From Bacteroidales bacterium (lineage in GTDB: Bacteria > Bacteroidota > Bacteroidia > Bacteroidales > VadinHA17), in assembly GCA_003162595.1 (NCBI GenBank), contig PMNJ01000174.1, forward strand, positions 5,458 to 37,731: a stretch of 32,274 bases of DNA. Direction: 5' to 3'. The notes under the pieces were generated by a model that worked only from the letters and a program-made list of their open reading frames with translations, did not search any database and was not told the DNA's origin. A program made the translations under genes and the position numbers. Positions 19,532-27,247 of the stretch are shown here, one piece after another (within the stretch, counting starts at the first letter, position 1; every line of letters begins with the position of its first letter).

Positions 19532-19539
19532 TAAATTTG
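19532..19539 (+). promoter_or_regulatory. Candidate -7 box (TAAATTTG) for the GH-A gene
   Basis: Exact TAnnTTTG match 26 nt upstream of the ATG at 19565, just downstream of the 19488-19512 hairpin. A TTG lies 22 nt upstream. Confidence 0.4.
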
Positions 19540-19564
19540 TTGTAATAATTTAAAAAGAGAATTC

Positions 19565-21292
19565 ATGAAAAACATTATGAAAAACAGAAGCCAAACTTAT
19601 CGTATACTACTGGCAATAATGTTATTGCTGCCATTATTCATTATTAATTGTGCAAGCCAAACACCTATTCCTTGTCTAAAGGAACAAGGTACGGCAAAAC
19701 AATTTATTGTTGATGGAAAACCTTTTATCGCCTTGTGCGGGGAACTTACCAATAATGCTGCTACCAACCTTGAATATATGAAACCAATCTGGCCGGCATT
19801 AAAAGAGGGGAACCTTAATTCGGTGATAGCGGGTATTTCATGGGCCATGGTTGAGCCGGAGAAAGGCAAATTCAATTTTGATATAGTTGGCGATGTAATA
19901 AAAGAGGCCAGAAAGAATGATTTGAAACTTATTTTTATCTGGTTTGCCAGTTGGAAAAACGGGATGTCCAGTTATATGCCTGATTGGGTAAAAAAAGATT
20001 ATGAACAATTCCCCCGCGTTAAAATAAATAACGGTGAAACAATCGAATTGTTAACACCATTAAGTGAAGCAAACCGAAATGCTGATGCGCAAGCCTTTGC
20101 AGCCCTCATGAAATACATTAAGGAAGTTGACAGCAGCCAGCGAACGGTTATAATGATCCAGGTTGAGAATGAAGTAGGCATATTGCTTGACACCCGCGAT
20201 CGTTCGGCAGTTGCCAATAAAGCTTATAACGGACCTGTTCCACAGAAATTAATGAGCTATATTGAAAAAAATAAAGATAACCTCGTTCCTGAATTAAAAG
20301 CAGCATGGAAAGCTAACGGATCTAAATTGTCAGGAACCTGGGAAGAAGTGTTTGGCCCGGGAAAACCTAAAGGACTTGTATTACCGGTTAGGAATCTCGT
20401 TCCCCCAATGACTCAGAAAGAACAGGATGAAGCATTGGTGACATATCCTTTTTATTCCGACGAAGTATTTATGGCATGGTACTATGCAACTTACATAAAT
20501 TACGTTGCTGAAGCCGGAAAAGCAGAATACCCTATACCAATGTATGTTAATGCATGGTTAAAACAAAGAGAACATTCATGGCCCGGTACTTATCCAGGCG
20601 GTGGCCCTCTTCCTCATGTATTTGATATATGGCATGCAGGTGCTCCGTCAATAGATATCCTTGGACCGGATCTTTATCGCCCTGATTTTGCTTACATAGC
20701 AAAACAATATATCCGCTCCGGAAACCCCTTATTTATCCCTGAAACGAGTGGTGGGGTACAGGGAGCGGCAAATGTCATTTTTGCAGTCGGACAACTCAAT
20801 GCATTAGGTTTTTCGCCATTTGGTATTGAAAGACGTCTTCATCCTGATGATGAACTGTCGCAGAGCTACAAGATGATTTCTCAGTTAATGCCTTTAATTG
20901 GAAAACATCAGGGGATGAATTCGATGGGTGCAGTTTTATTAACTAAGGATAATCCTTCGGAAGATATTGCGTTTGGTGAGCAAATCTTTCATACCGATCT
21001 TCGGTTCGATCCGAACAATCTGCATAGCAGTAGCTCAGATCTGGGTGCAGCTATATTTATAATGACCGCTCCTAATGAGTTTTATATTGGAGGAATAGGT
21101 ATATCAATAACTTTTTCACAGAAAAATTCTGAATTTAAAAGCGGACTGGCAACTGTCGAAGAAGGTACTTTTGTTGATGGAAAATGGATCCCGGGGCGCA
21201 GACTGGCAGGCGATGATACTGCTCAGGGAAATAATCTCAGGCTGGGTAATGATTACAGCATCCTGAGAGTTACTTTATATAGTTATAAATAG
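19565..21292 (+). CDS. Clan GH-A (beta/alpha)8 glycoside hydrolase, GH35/GH42-related beta-galactosidase-like (DUF5597-type tail)
   Basis: 575 aa. Signal/lipobox-like LLLPLFIINC. N-terminus FIVDGKPFIALCGE..ISWAMVEPEKGKFNFD resembles GH35/GH42 beta-galactosidases. Acid/base-type motif MIQVENEVG and candidate nucleophile FIPETSGG. Family-level call only. Confidence 0.7.
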   Translation: MKNIMKNRSQTYRILLAIMLLLPLFIINCASQTPIPCLKEQGTAKQFIVDGKPFIALCGELTNNAATNLEYMKPIWPALKEGNLNSVIAGISWAMVEPEKGKFNFDIVGDVIKEARKNDLKLIFIWFASWKNGMSSYMPDWVKKDYEQFPRVKINNGETIELLTPLSEANRNADAQAFAALMKYIKEVDSSQRTVIMIQVENEVGILLDTRDRSAVANKAYNGPVPQKLMSYIEKNKDNLVPELKAAWKANGSKLSGTWEEVFGPGKPKGLVLPVRNLVPPMTQKEQDEALVTYPFYSDEVFMAWYYATYINYVAEAGKAEYPIPMYVNAWLKQREHSWPGTYPGGGPLPHVFDIWHAGAPSIDILGPDLYRPDFAYIAKQYIRSGNPLFIPETSGGVQGAANVIFAVGQLNALGFSPFGIERRLHPDDELSQSYKMISQLMPLIGKHQGMNSMGAVLLTKDNPSEDIAFGEQIFHTDLRFDPNNLHSSSSDLGAAIFIMTAPNEFYIGGIGISITFSQKNSEFKSGLATVEEGTFVDGKWIPGRRLAGDDTAQGNNLRLGNDYSILRVTLYSYK

Positions 21293-21296
21293 AATT

Positions 21297-23729
21297 ATGA
21301 GAATCAAAAAAACTCTTCTTATGTCAATGCGATATCATATTTTGATATTATCATTATTGGCAACTCTTTGTTTTCCTGTATACGCCCAAATTCCAATCAA
21401 TTCAGGAGACAGAAATCAGGAGTTGCTGAATGAACCCTACGACATCAGTCCTGATTTCCGGAATTTCTCGAACACGTATTACCTGGCCGACAGCCTTTCG
21501 GCGTTCGACCCGGCAACAGGTAAAGGTGAAATTACCTACCACCGTTACGAATATTCCACACGGCAGGCCTTCAACAACATGCTCGCCGTGCTGAAGCCGG
21601 TGAATCCCAACGAATTTCCTGAGAAAGAATATGCCGTTTCACCAAATCTGCCATTCTCCATCACGTTTGTTTCGCCTCGCACAATCCGAATCCGCACCAA
21701 TTCGCGTTTCGATGTCAAACCCGATCCGGAATCATTAATGCTGGTAGGTGGAAAAGCGCCGCAGGACCTTACGTCCTGGAAATACAGCCCGGTTGACGGC
21801 GGTTACAAATACACGAGTGAATACGGTTCGGTCATTGTGAAAACTTCGCCATGGCGAATTGAGATCCGTGATGCTTCAGGAAAAGAGCTGACCCACACGG
21901 TTAGTAATGCCGACGGCCCTGAATCACTTACCCCTGTTTTGCCCTTCTCATTTGTCCGTCGTGCCTCGGATTATTCGACCAGCATATCGGCTGTTTTTTC
22001 ACTTTCTCCGGAAGAAAAAATATTTGGTTGTGGCGAGTCGTTCACGCAATTAGATAAACGCGGTCAGAAAGTGGTGCTATGGGCCGACGATGCCAATGGC
22101 GTCCAGAATGAATCGATGTACAAGCCCATCCCATTTTTTATGAGTAGCCGTGGATACGGCTTGTTCATGCACACTTCGTCGCCAATTACCTGCGATTTCG
22201 GGAAATATTTCAGCGGCATTTATTCGCTCATGATTGGCGACGACCAGGCCGACCTGTTTGTTTTTCTCGGTGAGCCGAAAGACATCCTGAATGAATATAC
22301 AGACCTGACCGGAAAACCAGCCATGCCTCCACTGTGGTCATTCGGTTTCTGGATGAGCCGGATCACTTATTATTCGGAAAAAGAGGGACGCGAAGTTACC
22401 TCAAAACTACGCGAAAATAAAATTCCTGCCGATGTGCTCCATTTCGATACCGGTTGGTTCGAAACCGACTGGAGATGTGATTATCAATTCTCGAAAACCC
22501 GTTTCACCGACGCGACAAAGATGATGGCCGATTTCAAAAAAATAGGGTTTCGCACGTGTTTATGGCAATTGCCCTATTTTGTTCCGAAGAACACTCTGTT
22601 TCCTGAAATTATTGAAAAGGGACTTTTTGTGAAAGATGCCAAAGGCAATTTGCCGTACGAAGATGCCGTTCTCGATTTCTCGAATCCGGCCACTGTGAGT
22701 TGGTATCAGGACAAAATCGGAAATTTATTAAAACAGGGAGTCAGCGTGATTAAAGTTGATTTCGGCGAGGCTGCTCCCAAAAACGGTTTGTTCTTTTCAG
22801 GAAAAACCGGTTTTTACGAACACAATCTGTATCCGCTGCGGTACAACAAAGCGGTAGCCGACATTACCAAGAAAGTAACCGGCGAAACCATCATCTGGGC
22901 ACGAAGCGCCTGGGCAGGCAGCCAACGCTATCCGCTTCACTGGGGTGGTGATGCCGCAAATACAAATACTGCTATGGCTGCTGAGTTACGAGGAGGTTTG
23001 TCATTCGGGCTCTCCGGATTTTCGTTCTGGTCGCACGACATTGGCGGATTTGTGAACAAGAAGCCTGAAGATCTTTACCGTCGCTGGCTTCCATTTGGAA
23101 TGCTCTCTTCGCACACCCGCAGCCACGGCGCACCGCCCACCGAACCCTGGGGCTACGGCGAAGATTTTATGAACGCTTTCCGCCTGGCCGACAATATGCG
23201 CTATGAAATGATGCCATATATTTATGCGCAGGCCAAAGACTGCAGCGAACGCGGATTGCCAATGTTGCGCGCGCTTTTTGTGGAATATCCAAACGATCCG
23301 GGTTCGTGGCTGGTTGACGACGAATATCTGTTTGGCTCGGATATGCTCGTAGCTCCGTTATTTGAAAATGTTACTAAGCGTGATGTATATCTTCCTCCTG
23401 GACAGTGGATTGACTATCAGACAGGTAAAGTATTTTCAGGTGGTTGGCACAATATTGAGGCCGGGAAAATTCCAATTGTCGTTCTGGTGCACGAAGGAGC
23501 AGTTATTCCACACATCGCTCTTGCACAGTCTACTGCTCAGATGGATTGGTCAAAACTGGACCTGATAGTTTATGCAACAGACACAAAGAAAGTGAGCGGA
23601 TTGATCTGCCTTCCTTCAGACAACTTGCTGCATAAGATATCCCTGGTGAAAAAGGACAATCAGTTCGTTATGGAAACTGATCCGTTTGCCGGAAAGGTTT
23701 CGTGGAAAATCAAACTGTATTCAAAATGA
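21297..23729 (+). CDS. Glycoside hydrolase family 31, YicI-like clade (candidate alpha-xylosidase; alpha-glucosidase not excluded)
   Basis: 810 aa. Signal peptide. GH31 signatures WADDANG, nucleophile motif VIKVDFGEAAP and acid/base motif HWGGDAANT. These resemble E. coli YicI (KTDFGE / HWGGD) rather than WIDMNE-type alpha-glucosidases. 4-nt gap after the previous gene. Confidence 0.88.
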   Translation: MRIKKTLLMSMRYHILILSLLATLCFPVYAQIPINSGDRNQELLNEPYDISPDFRNFSNTYYLADSLSAFDPATGKGEITYHRYEYSTRQAFNNMLAVLKPVNPNEFPEKEYAVSPNLPFSITFVSPRTIRIRTNSRFDVKPDPESLMLVGGKAPQDLTSWKYSPVDGGYKYTSEYGSVIVKTSPWRIEIRDASGKELTHTVSNADGPESLTPVLPFSFVRRASDYSTSISAVFSLSPEEKIFGCGESFTQLDKRGQKVVLWADDANGVQNESMYKPIPFFMSSRGYGLFMHTSSPITCDFGKYFSGIYSLMIGDDQADLFVFLGEPKDILNEYTDLTGKPAMPPLWSFGFWMSRITYYSEKEGREVTSKLRENKIPADVLHFDTGWFETDWRCDYQFSKTRFTDATKMMADFKKIGFRTCLWQLPYFVPKNTLFPEIIEKGLFVKDAKGNLPYEDAVLDFSNPATVSWYQDKIGNLLKQGVSVIKVDFGEAAPKNGLFFSGKTGFYEHNLYPLRYNKAVADITKKVTGETIIWARSAWAGSQRYPLHWGGDAANTNTAMAAELRGGLSFGLSGFSFWSHDIGGFVNKKPEDLYRRWLPFGMLSSHTRSHGAPPTEPWGYGEDFMNAFRLADNMRYEMMPYIYAQAKDCSERGLPMLRALFVEYPNDPGSWLVDDEYLFGSDMLVAPLFENVTKRDVYLPPGQWIDYQTGKVFSGGWHNIEAGKIPIVVLVHEGAVIPHIALAQSTAQMDWSKLDLIVYATDTKKVSGLICLPSDNLLHKISLVKKDNQFVMETDPFAGKVSWKIKLYSK

Positions 23730-23755
23730 AAAATTAACCTTTAATTAATAGAAAA

Positions 23756-25633
23756 ATGTTTCACAAAAATCCTACAAATAATGGCAGAAGAATTAGATTC
23801 TCTGTCCTGTTCCTTTTGATCCTTACGCAGGTAGCCATGTTCGCTGCCGCGCAAGGGAAACCTCAGGCTCCGGAAAACATTTCCACCTATCAAAACTTCA
23901 ATGTTGCGATCTTTGTTCAACTGAGTGACATGGATCACATGATAGCCGACCCTCACTGGCTTGAGGAGAGCTGGAATATAATCAGCCATTCTATCAAAGT
24001 GGACAAAGTGTACCTGGAGACCTATGTTGATGGGGAGCAAATGTCGAAAGAAAATGTTCTCAAGATCAAAAATTTCTTTACCAGCAAAGGTGTTAAGACA
24101 TCTGGCGGCATAATGTCTACGACAAATGGGCAGGCTGGTGACCGCCTTGCAGGGTTCGACTACTCGAACCCCAATGATCGGGAACATTTTCGAAAGATAG
24201 TGGCGTTCACCGCATCCATTTTTGACGAGATTATTTTCGATGACTTGTTCATTTTCAATTCACGATCTGAATCAAGTCAAAAAGCCAAAGGAAGCATGAG
24301 TTGGACTGAATATCGCTTAAACGCGATGAAGGATGTATATGAGAACCTCGTCATAAAGAACGCTAAGAGTGTCAACCCGAAGATTCATCTCATCATTAAG
24401 CCACCTAATTGGTATGAACAATACCAATTCAGTGGATACAACCTTGAGGCTGCTTCCAAGTTGTTTGACGAGATCTATGTCGGCACTGAAACAAGAGATG
24501 TGGAAAACACGACTCAATTTCTTCAACCATACCAGAGCTACAGCCTGATGCGCTACTTCGAGCATATGAAACCCGGAAATTTCGGTGGAGGCTGGTTTGA
24601 TGATGGTGATTGTCAGACAATGAATCGCTATTCTGAAGAAATCGAAAATACCTTGTTTGCCAAACCAAAGGAAGTTACCCATTGGCATTATGGCGATTTG
24701 GTGGAAACATTAACTGAGGCTGATGGACAAACCAAGCTCCCCAGCATTTTAGCTGAGTATGCAGGCTATACCTTCAAAAAACTGGATTCGTTTCTTGGTA
24801 AGCTAGGCGAGCCATTTGGTGTAGCCACTTACAAACCTTATAGTTCATCTGGCGAAATGTTCCTTCACAACTTCATCGGGATGATTGGCATTCCGATGGA
24901 TATGTATCCTTATTTCCCTGACGATCGCGGAACTATACTTCTCACTGAAGCTGCGAAGTCAGATACAGCCATCGTCAGCAAGATAATCAAACACCTAAAC
25001 GAGGATAAAACTGTCATTATCACCTCGGGACTCCTTAAGGCGTTGCATGGGGAAAAGGGCATCGCGAAGATCGCGGAAGTGGAATACACCGGGCGTAAGG
25101 AGTTGATAAAGCAGTTCACATCACGTCGGATCATGGATGAAGGTAATTTTTCAAACTTATACTTTTCGAACAATGGGATTCTATTCCCTGAGTTGGCCTA
25201 TGGTCTGGTGGATGTGGAACCGATGATCCAGGGTATGGGTAACAACGACTATGACCGTTATCCTCTTCTATTGCGTGTGAGAGGCTTGTCCAAAGGCAAA
25301 TTTTTTATTCTTACAGTTCCGGATAACTTTGCCGATTTATATGAACTCCCACAAGAAATTCTTTCTCAAATCAGGCGTGATTTGATGCAGGATATTCCAG
25401 TTTATCTTGACAGCCCTAGTAAGATATGTCTATTCGTGTACAATAACAACACATTTATTACGCAGTCATATCAGCCTTATCAAACAAGATACAATATTGT
25501 GATCAAAAAAGCGGGGGCAAAACTATACGATATTATATCAGGTCAGGAATTAAAAGGCCTTGTGAACGGCGAAACTACTCTTTTCGAAGTGTCGCAAAAG
25601 CCTCGAACATACAGTGTTTACAGGTTTGAATAA
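23756..25633 (+). CDS. Secreted protein of unknown family; possible TIM-barrel glycoside-hydrolase-like enzyme with GH42-like three-domain layout
   Basis: 625 aa. Signal peptide RFSVLFLLILTQVAMFAAAQG. 26-nt gap after GH31 and a strong terminator downstream. No family motif recognised. Alternating strand/helix pattern with acidic strand ends (IIFDDLFIF, IYVGTETRD, GGGWFDDGD). Confidence 0.75.
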   Translation: MFHKNPTNNGRRIRFSVLFLLILTQVAMFAAAQGKPQAPENISTYQNFNVAIFVQLSDMDHMIADPHWLEESWNIISHSIKVDKVYLETYVDGEQMSKENVLKIKNFFTSKGVKTSGGIMSTTNGQAGDRLAGFDYSNPNDREHFRKIVAFTASIFDEIIFDDLFIFNSRSESSQKAKGSMSWTEYRLNAMKDVYENLVIKNAKSVNPKIHLIIKPPNWYEQYQFSGYNLEAASKLFDEIYVGTETRDVENTTQFLQPYQSYSLMRYFEHMKPGNFGGGWFDDGDCQTMNRYSEEIENTLFAKPKEVTHWHYGDLVETLTEADGQTKLPSILAEYAGYTFKKLDSFLGKLGEPFGVATYKPYSSSGEMFLHNFIGMIGIPMDMYPYFPDDRGTILLTEAAKSDTAIVSKIIKHLNEDKTVIITSGLLKALHGEKGIAKIAEVEYTGRKELIKQFTSRRIMDEGNFSNLYFSNNGILFPELAYGLVDVEPMIQGMGNNDYDRYPLLLRVRGLSKGKFFILTVPDNFADLYELPQEILSQIRRDLMQDIPVYLDSPSKICLFVYNNNTFITQSYQPYQTRYNIVIKKAGAKLYDIISGQELKGLVNGETTLFEVSQKPRTYSVYRFE

Positions 25634-25677
25634 TCAATAATTGAATCAAGCGAACTGACGATCTGTTGTTTAATGTT

Positions 25678-25706
25678 ACTCCTCGCAGGTTGCTGCGAGG
25701 AGTTTT
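25678..25706 (+). terminator. Rho-independent terminator ending the SusC-to-625aa gene string
   Basis: Perfect 11-bp GC-rich stem ACTCCTCGCAG / CTGCGAGGAGT, loop GTTG, followed by TTTTAAT. 44 nt after the stop codon. Confidence 0.8.
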
Positions 25707-25745
25707 AATAGAAAATATATTAGAAGTAATGAAATCCGAGGCTTG

Positions 25746-25753
25746 TAAATTTG
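25746..25753 (+). promoter_or_regulatory. Candidate -7 box (TAAATTTG) for the beta-helix gene
   Basis: Exact TAnnTTTG match 24 nt upstream of the ATG at 25777 and downstream of the 25678 terminator. No clear -33 element. Confidence 0.4.
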
Positions 25754-25776
25754 TTATAATTATGAAATAGGTCTAT

Positions 25777-27057
25777 ATGGAACGACGCAAATTAATAAGG
25801 AACATAGCCGGCTTGGGGATGGCCGGATTTATCGGAAACAAGATGAACCTGTACGCAACTGTACCGGGCAAGGGAATTAGCTCAGGATCTGCATGGATGG
25901 ACGGATCACAGATCGATGACTGGCATACCGAATTGACGAAACGGATCGTGGTTTTGGAGCAACGGGGCGGAGGAACGTTGGAGTTAGGTGATGGAGTATA
26001 TGAGATAGGCAAACCACTTCGGCTGCCATCTTCAGTCAGCCTGGTAATGACACCAAATGCCGTCATCAGGGCAAAGACCGGTTTCGAAGGAGACGTGGTA
26101 CTTATCAAGGGTACTGGTGATAGCTCAAAATTCTCGAATACCAGCGGTTGGATTCGCGGTGGTGTAATTGATGCAAACAAATTGCCAATAACCGGTATCA
26201 GGTTAGAAAGTACGGGGCGATGTGAAATTGCGGACCTCGTAGTAATAAACGCAACTTATAAAGGCATTCACTTTCTTAAAGGGGGATATGAGACGAATCT
26301 TACCAGGATCCGGGTCGAAGTTGAAAAGAATACACATTGTTTGCCCGGGAGCATCGGTATCCATTACGAAAATGGCGACTGCAAAGCAAATTTGGTACAT
26401 ATAATTGGGTATGAGACTCATTTGCGCAGCGACAGTTCAAGCAATTGGTTCTCTATGGTTCATGCCTGGAATTGGGAGCCCACTCAGGGGCCATCATTAT
26501 ATAACTTCTATTGTAACGGAACAAGTAATTCTTTTAACCAATGCTATGCGGATTCACCGACCAATGCTGGATTCTACATAACCCAGCCCCACCAAACCTT
26601 TGTCCAATGTCGTGTGTACTTTAGTCGATGGGCACCGGACAATACAGGAGTCGGATTTCTTATCACTCCCGATGGCAAACAAGGAACTTATATGGCCAAC
26701 GTTCTGTTTGCTGATAAAGAACACAGGCTGGCCAAGGCATTCAGTGGCGACCTCGGTGGCTCTGTCATTCTGGGAAATAGTTGTTGGGGAGATGGGGTTT
26801 TGGGGGGCATGGAGAACCGTATTTCCGGGGGTGAGTTATTAAGTGAGACTGACAATTACTTCACCAAAGAACTGGGGTCCACTTTCGAAAATTCCCGGTT
26901 AAACCTGACGGGCGGTTTCCGCCTTACTCAACAAACAAAACCCCCGTTGCCTGATCAGGGAGATATAGGTGAAGTCAGATGGGTGGATGATGGCAAGTCT
27001 TCGGCATTGTGGGTCAAGACCACGAGCGGTTGGATGCAATCCAAACTTCAGAAATAA
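25777..27057 (+). CDS. Tat-signal right-handed parallel beta-helix protein (Pectate_lyase_3-like; candidate glycosidase or lyase)
   Basis: 426 aa. Twin-arginine leader MERRKLIRNIAGLGMAGFIG. N-terminal beta-helix cap motif LEQRGGGTLELGDGVYEIGKPLRLPSSVSLV, typical of the pectate-lyase-3/GH28/GH55-like superfamily. Periodic short repeats (IRGGVIDAN, ADLVVINATYKGIHF). Confidence 0.7.
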   Translation: MERRKLIRNIAGLGMAGFIGNKMNLYATVPGKGISSGSAWMDGSQIDDWHTELTKRIVVLEQRGGGTLELGDGVYEIGKPLRLPSSVSLVMTPNAVIRAKTGFEGDVVLIKGTGDSSKFSNTSGWIRGGVIDANKLPITGIRLESTGRCEIADLVVINATYKGIHFLKGGYETNLTRIRVEVEKNTHCLPGSIGIHYENGDCKANLVHIIGYETHLRSDSSSNWFSMVHAWNWEPTQGPSLYNFYCNGTSNSFNQCYADSPTNAGFYITQPHQTFVQCRVYFSRWAPDNTGVGFLITPDGKQGTYMANVLFADKEHRLAKAFSGDLGGSVILGNSCWGDGVLGGMENRISGGELLSETDNYFTKELGSTFENSRLNLTGGFRLTQQTKPPLPDQGDIGEVRWVDDGKSSALWVKTTSGWMQSKLQK

Positions 27058-27247
27058 CCAGAAAGGGAAAGTAAGAGTAATTATTGGCAGTCATGAGAAC
27101 TACCCTTAAGAGAAATTGTTATGATTTCTTGACCAGTTAGTTTGGATTAATTATTATTGCTGAATCGTTTGCATAAGACTTTTTGACTAAAATTACATAT
27201 ATCACAGATATACAAATATATAGAAACAAATTTAATATAATAGAACT

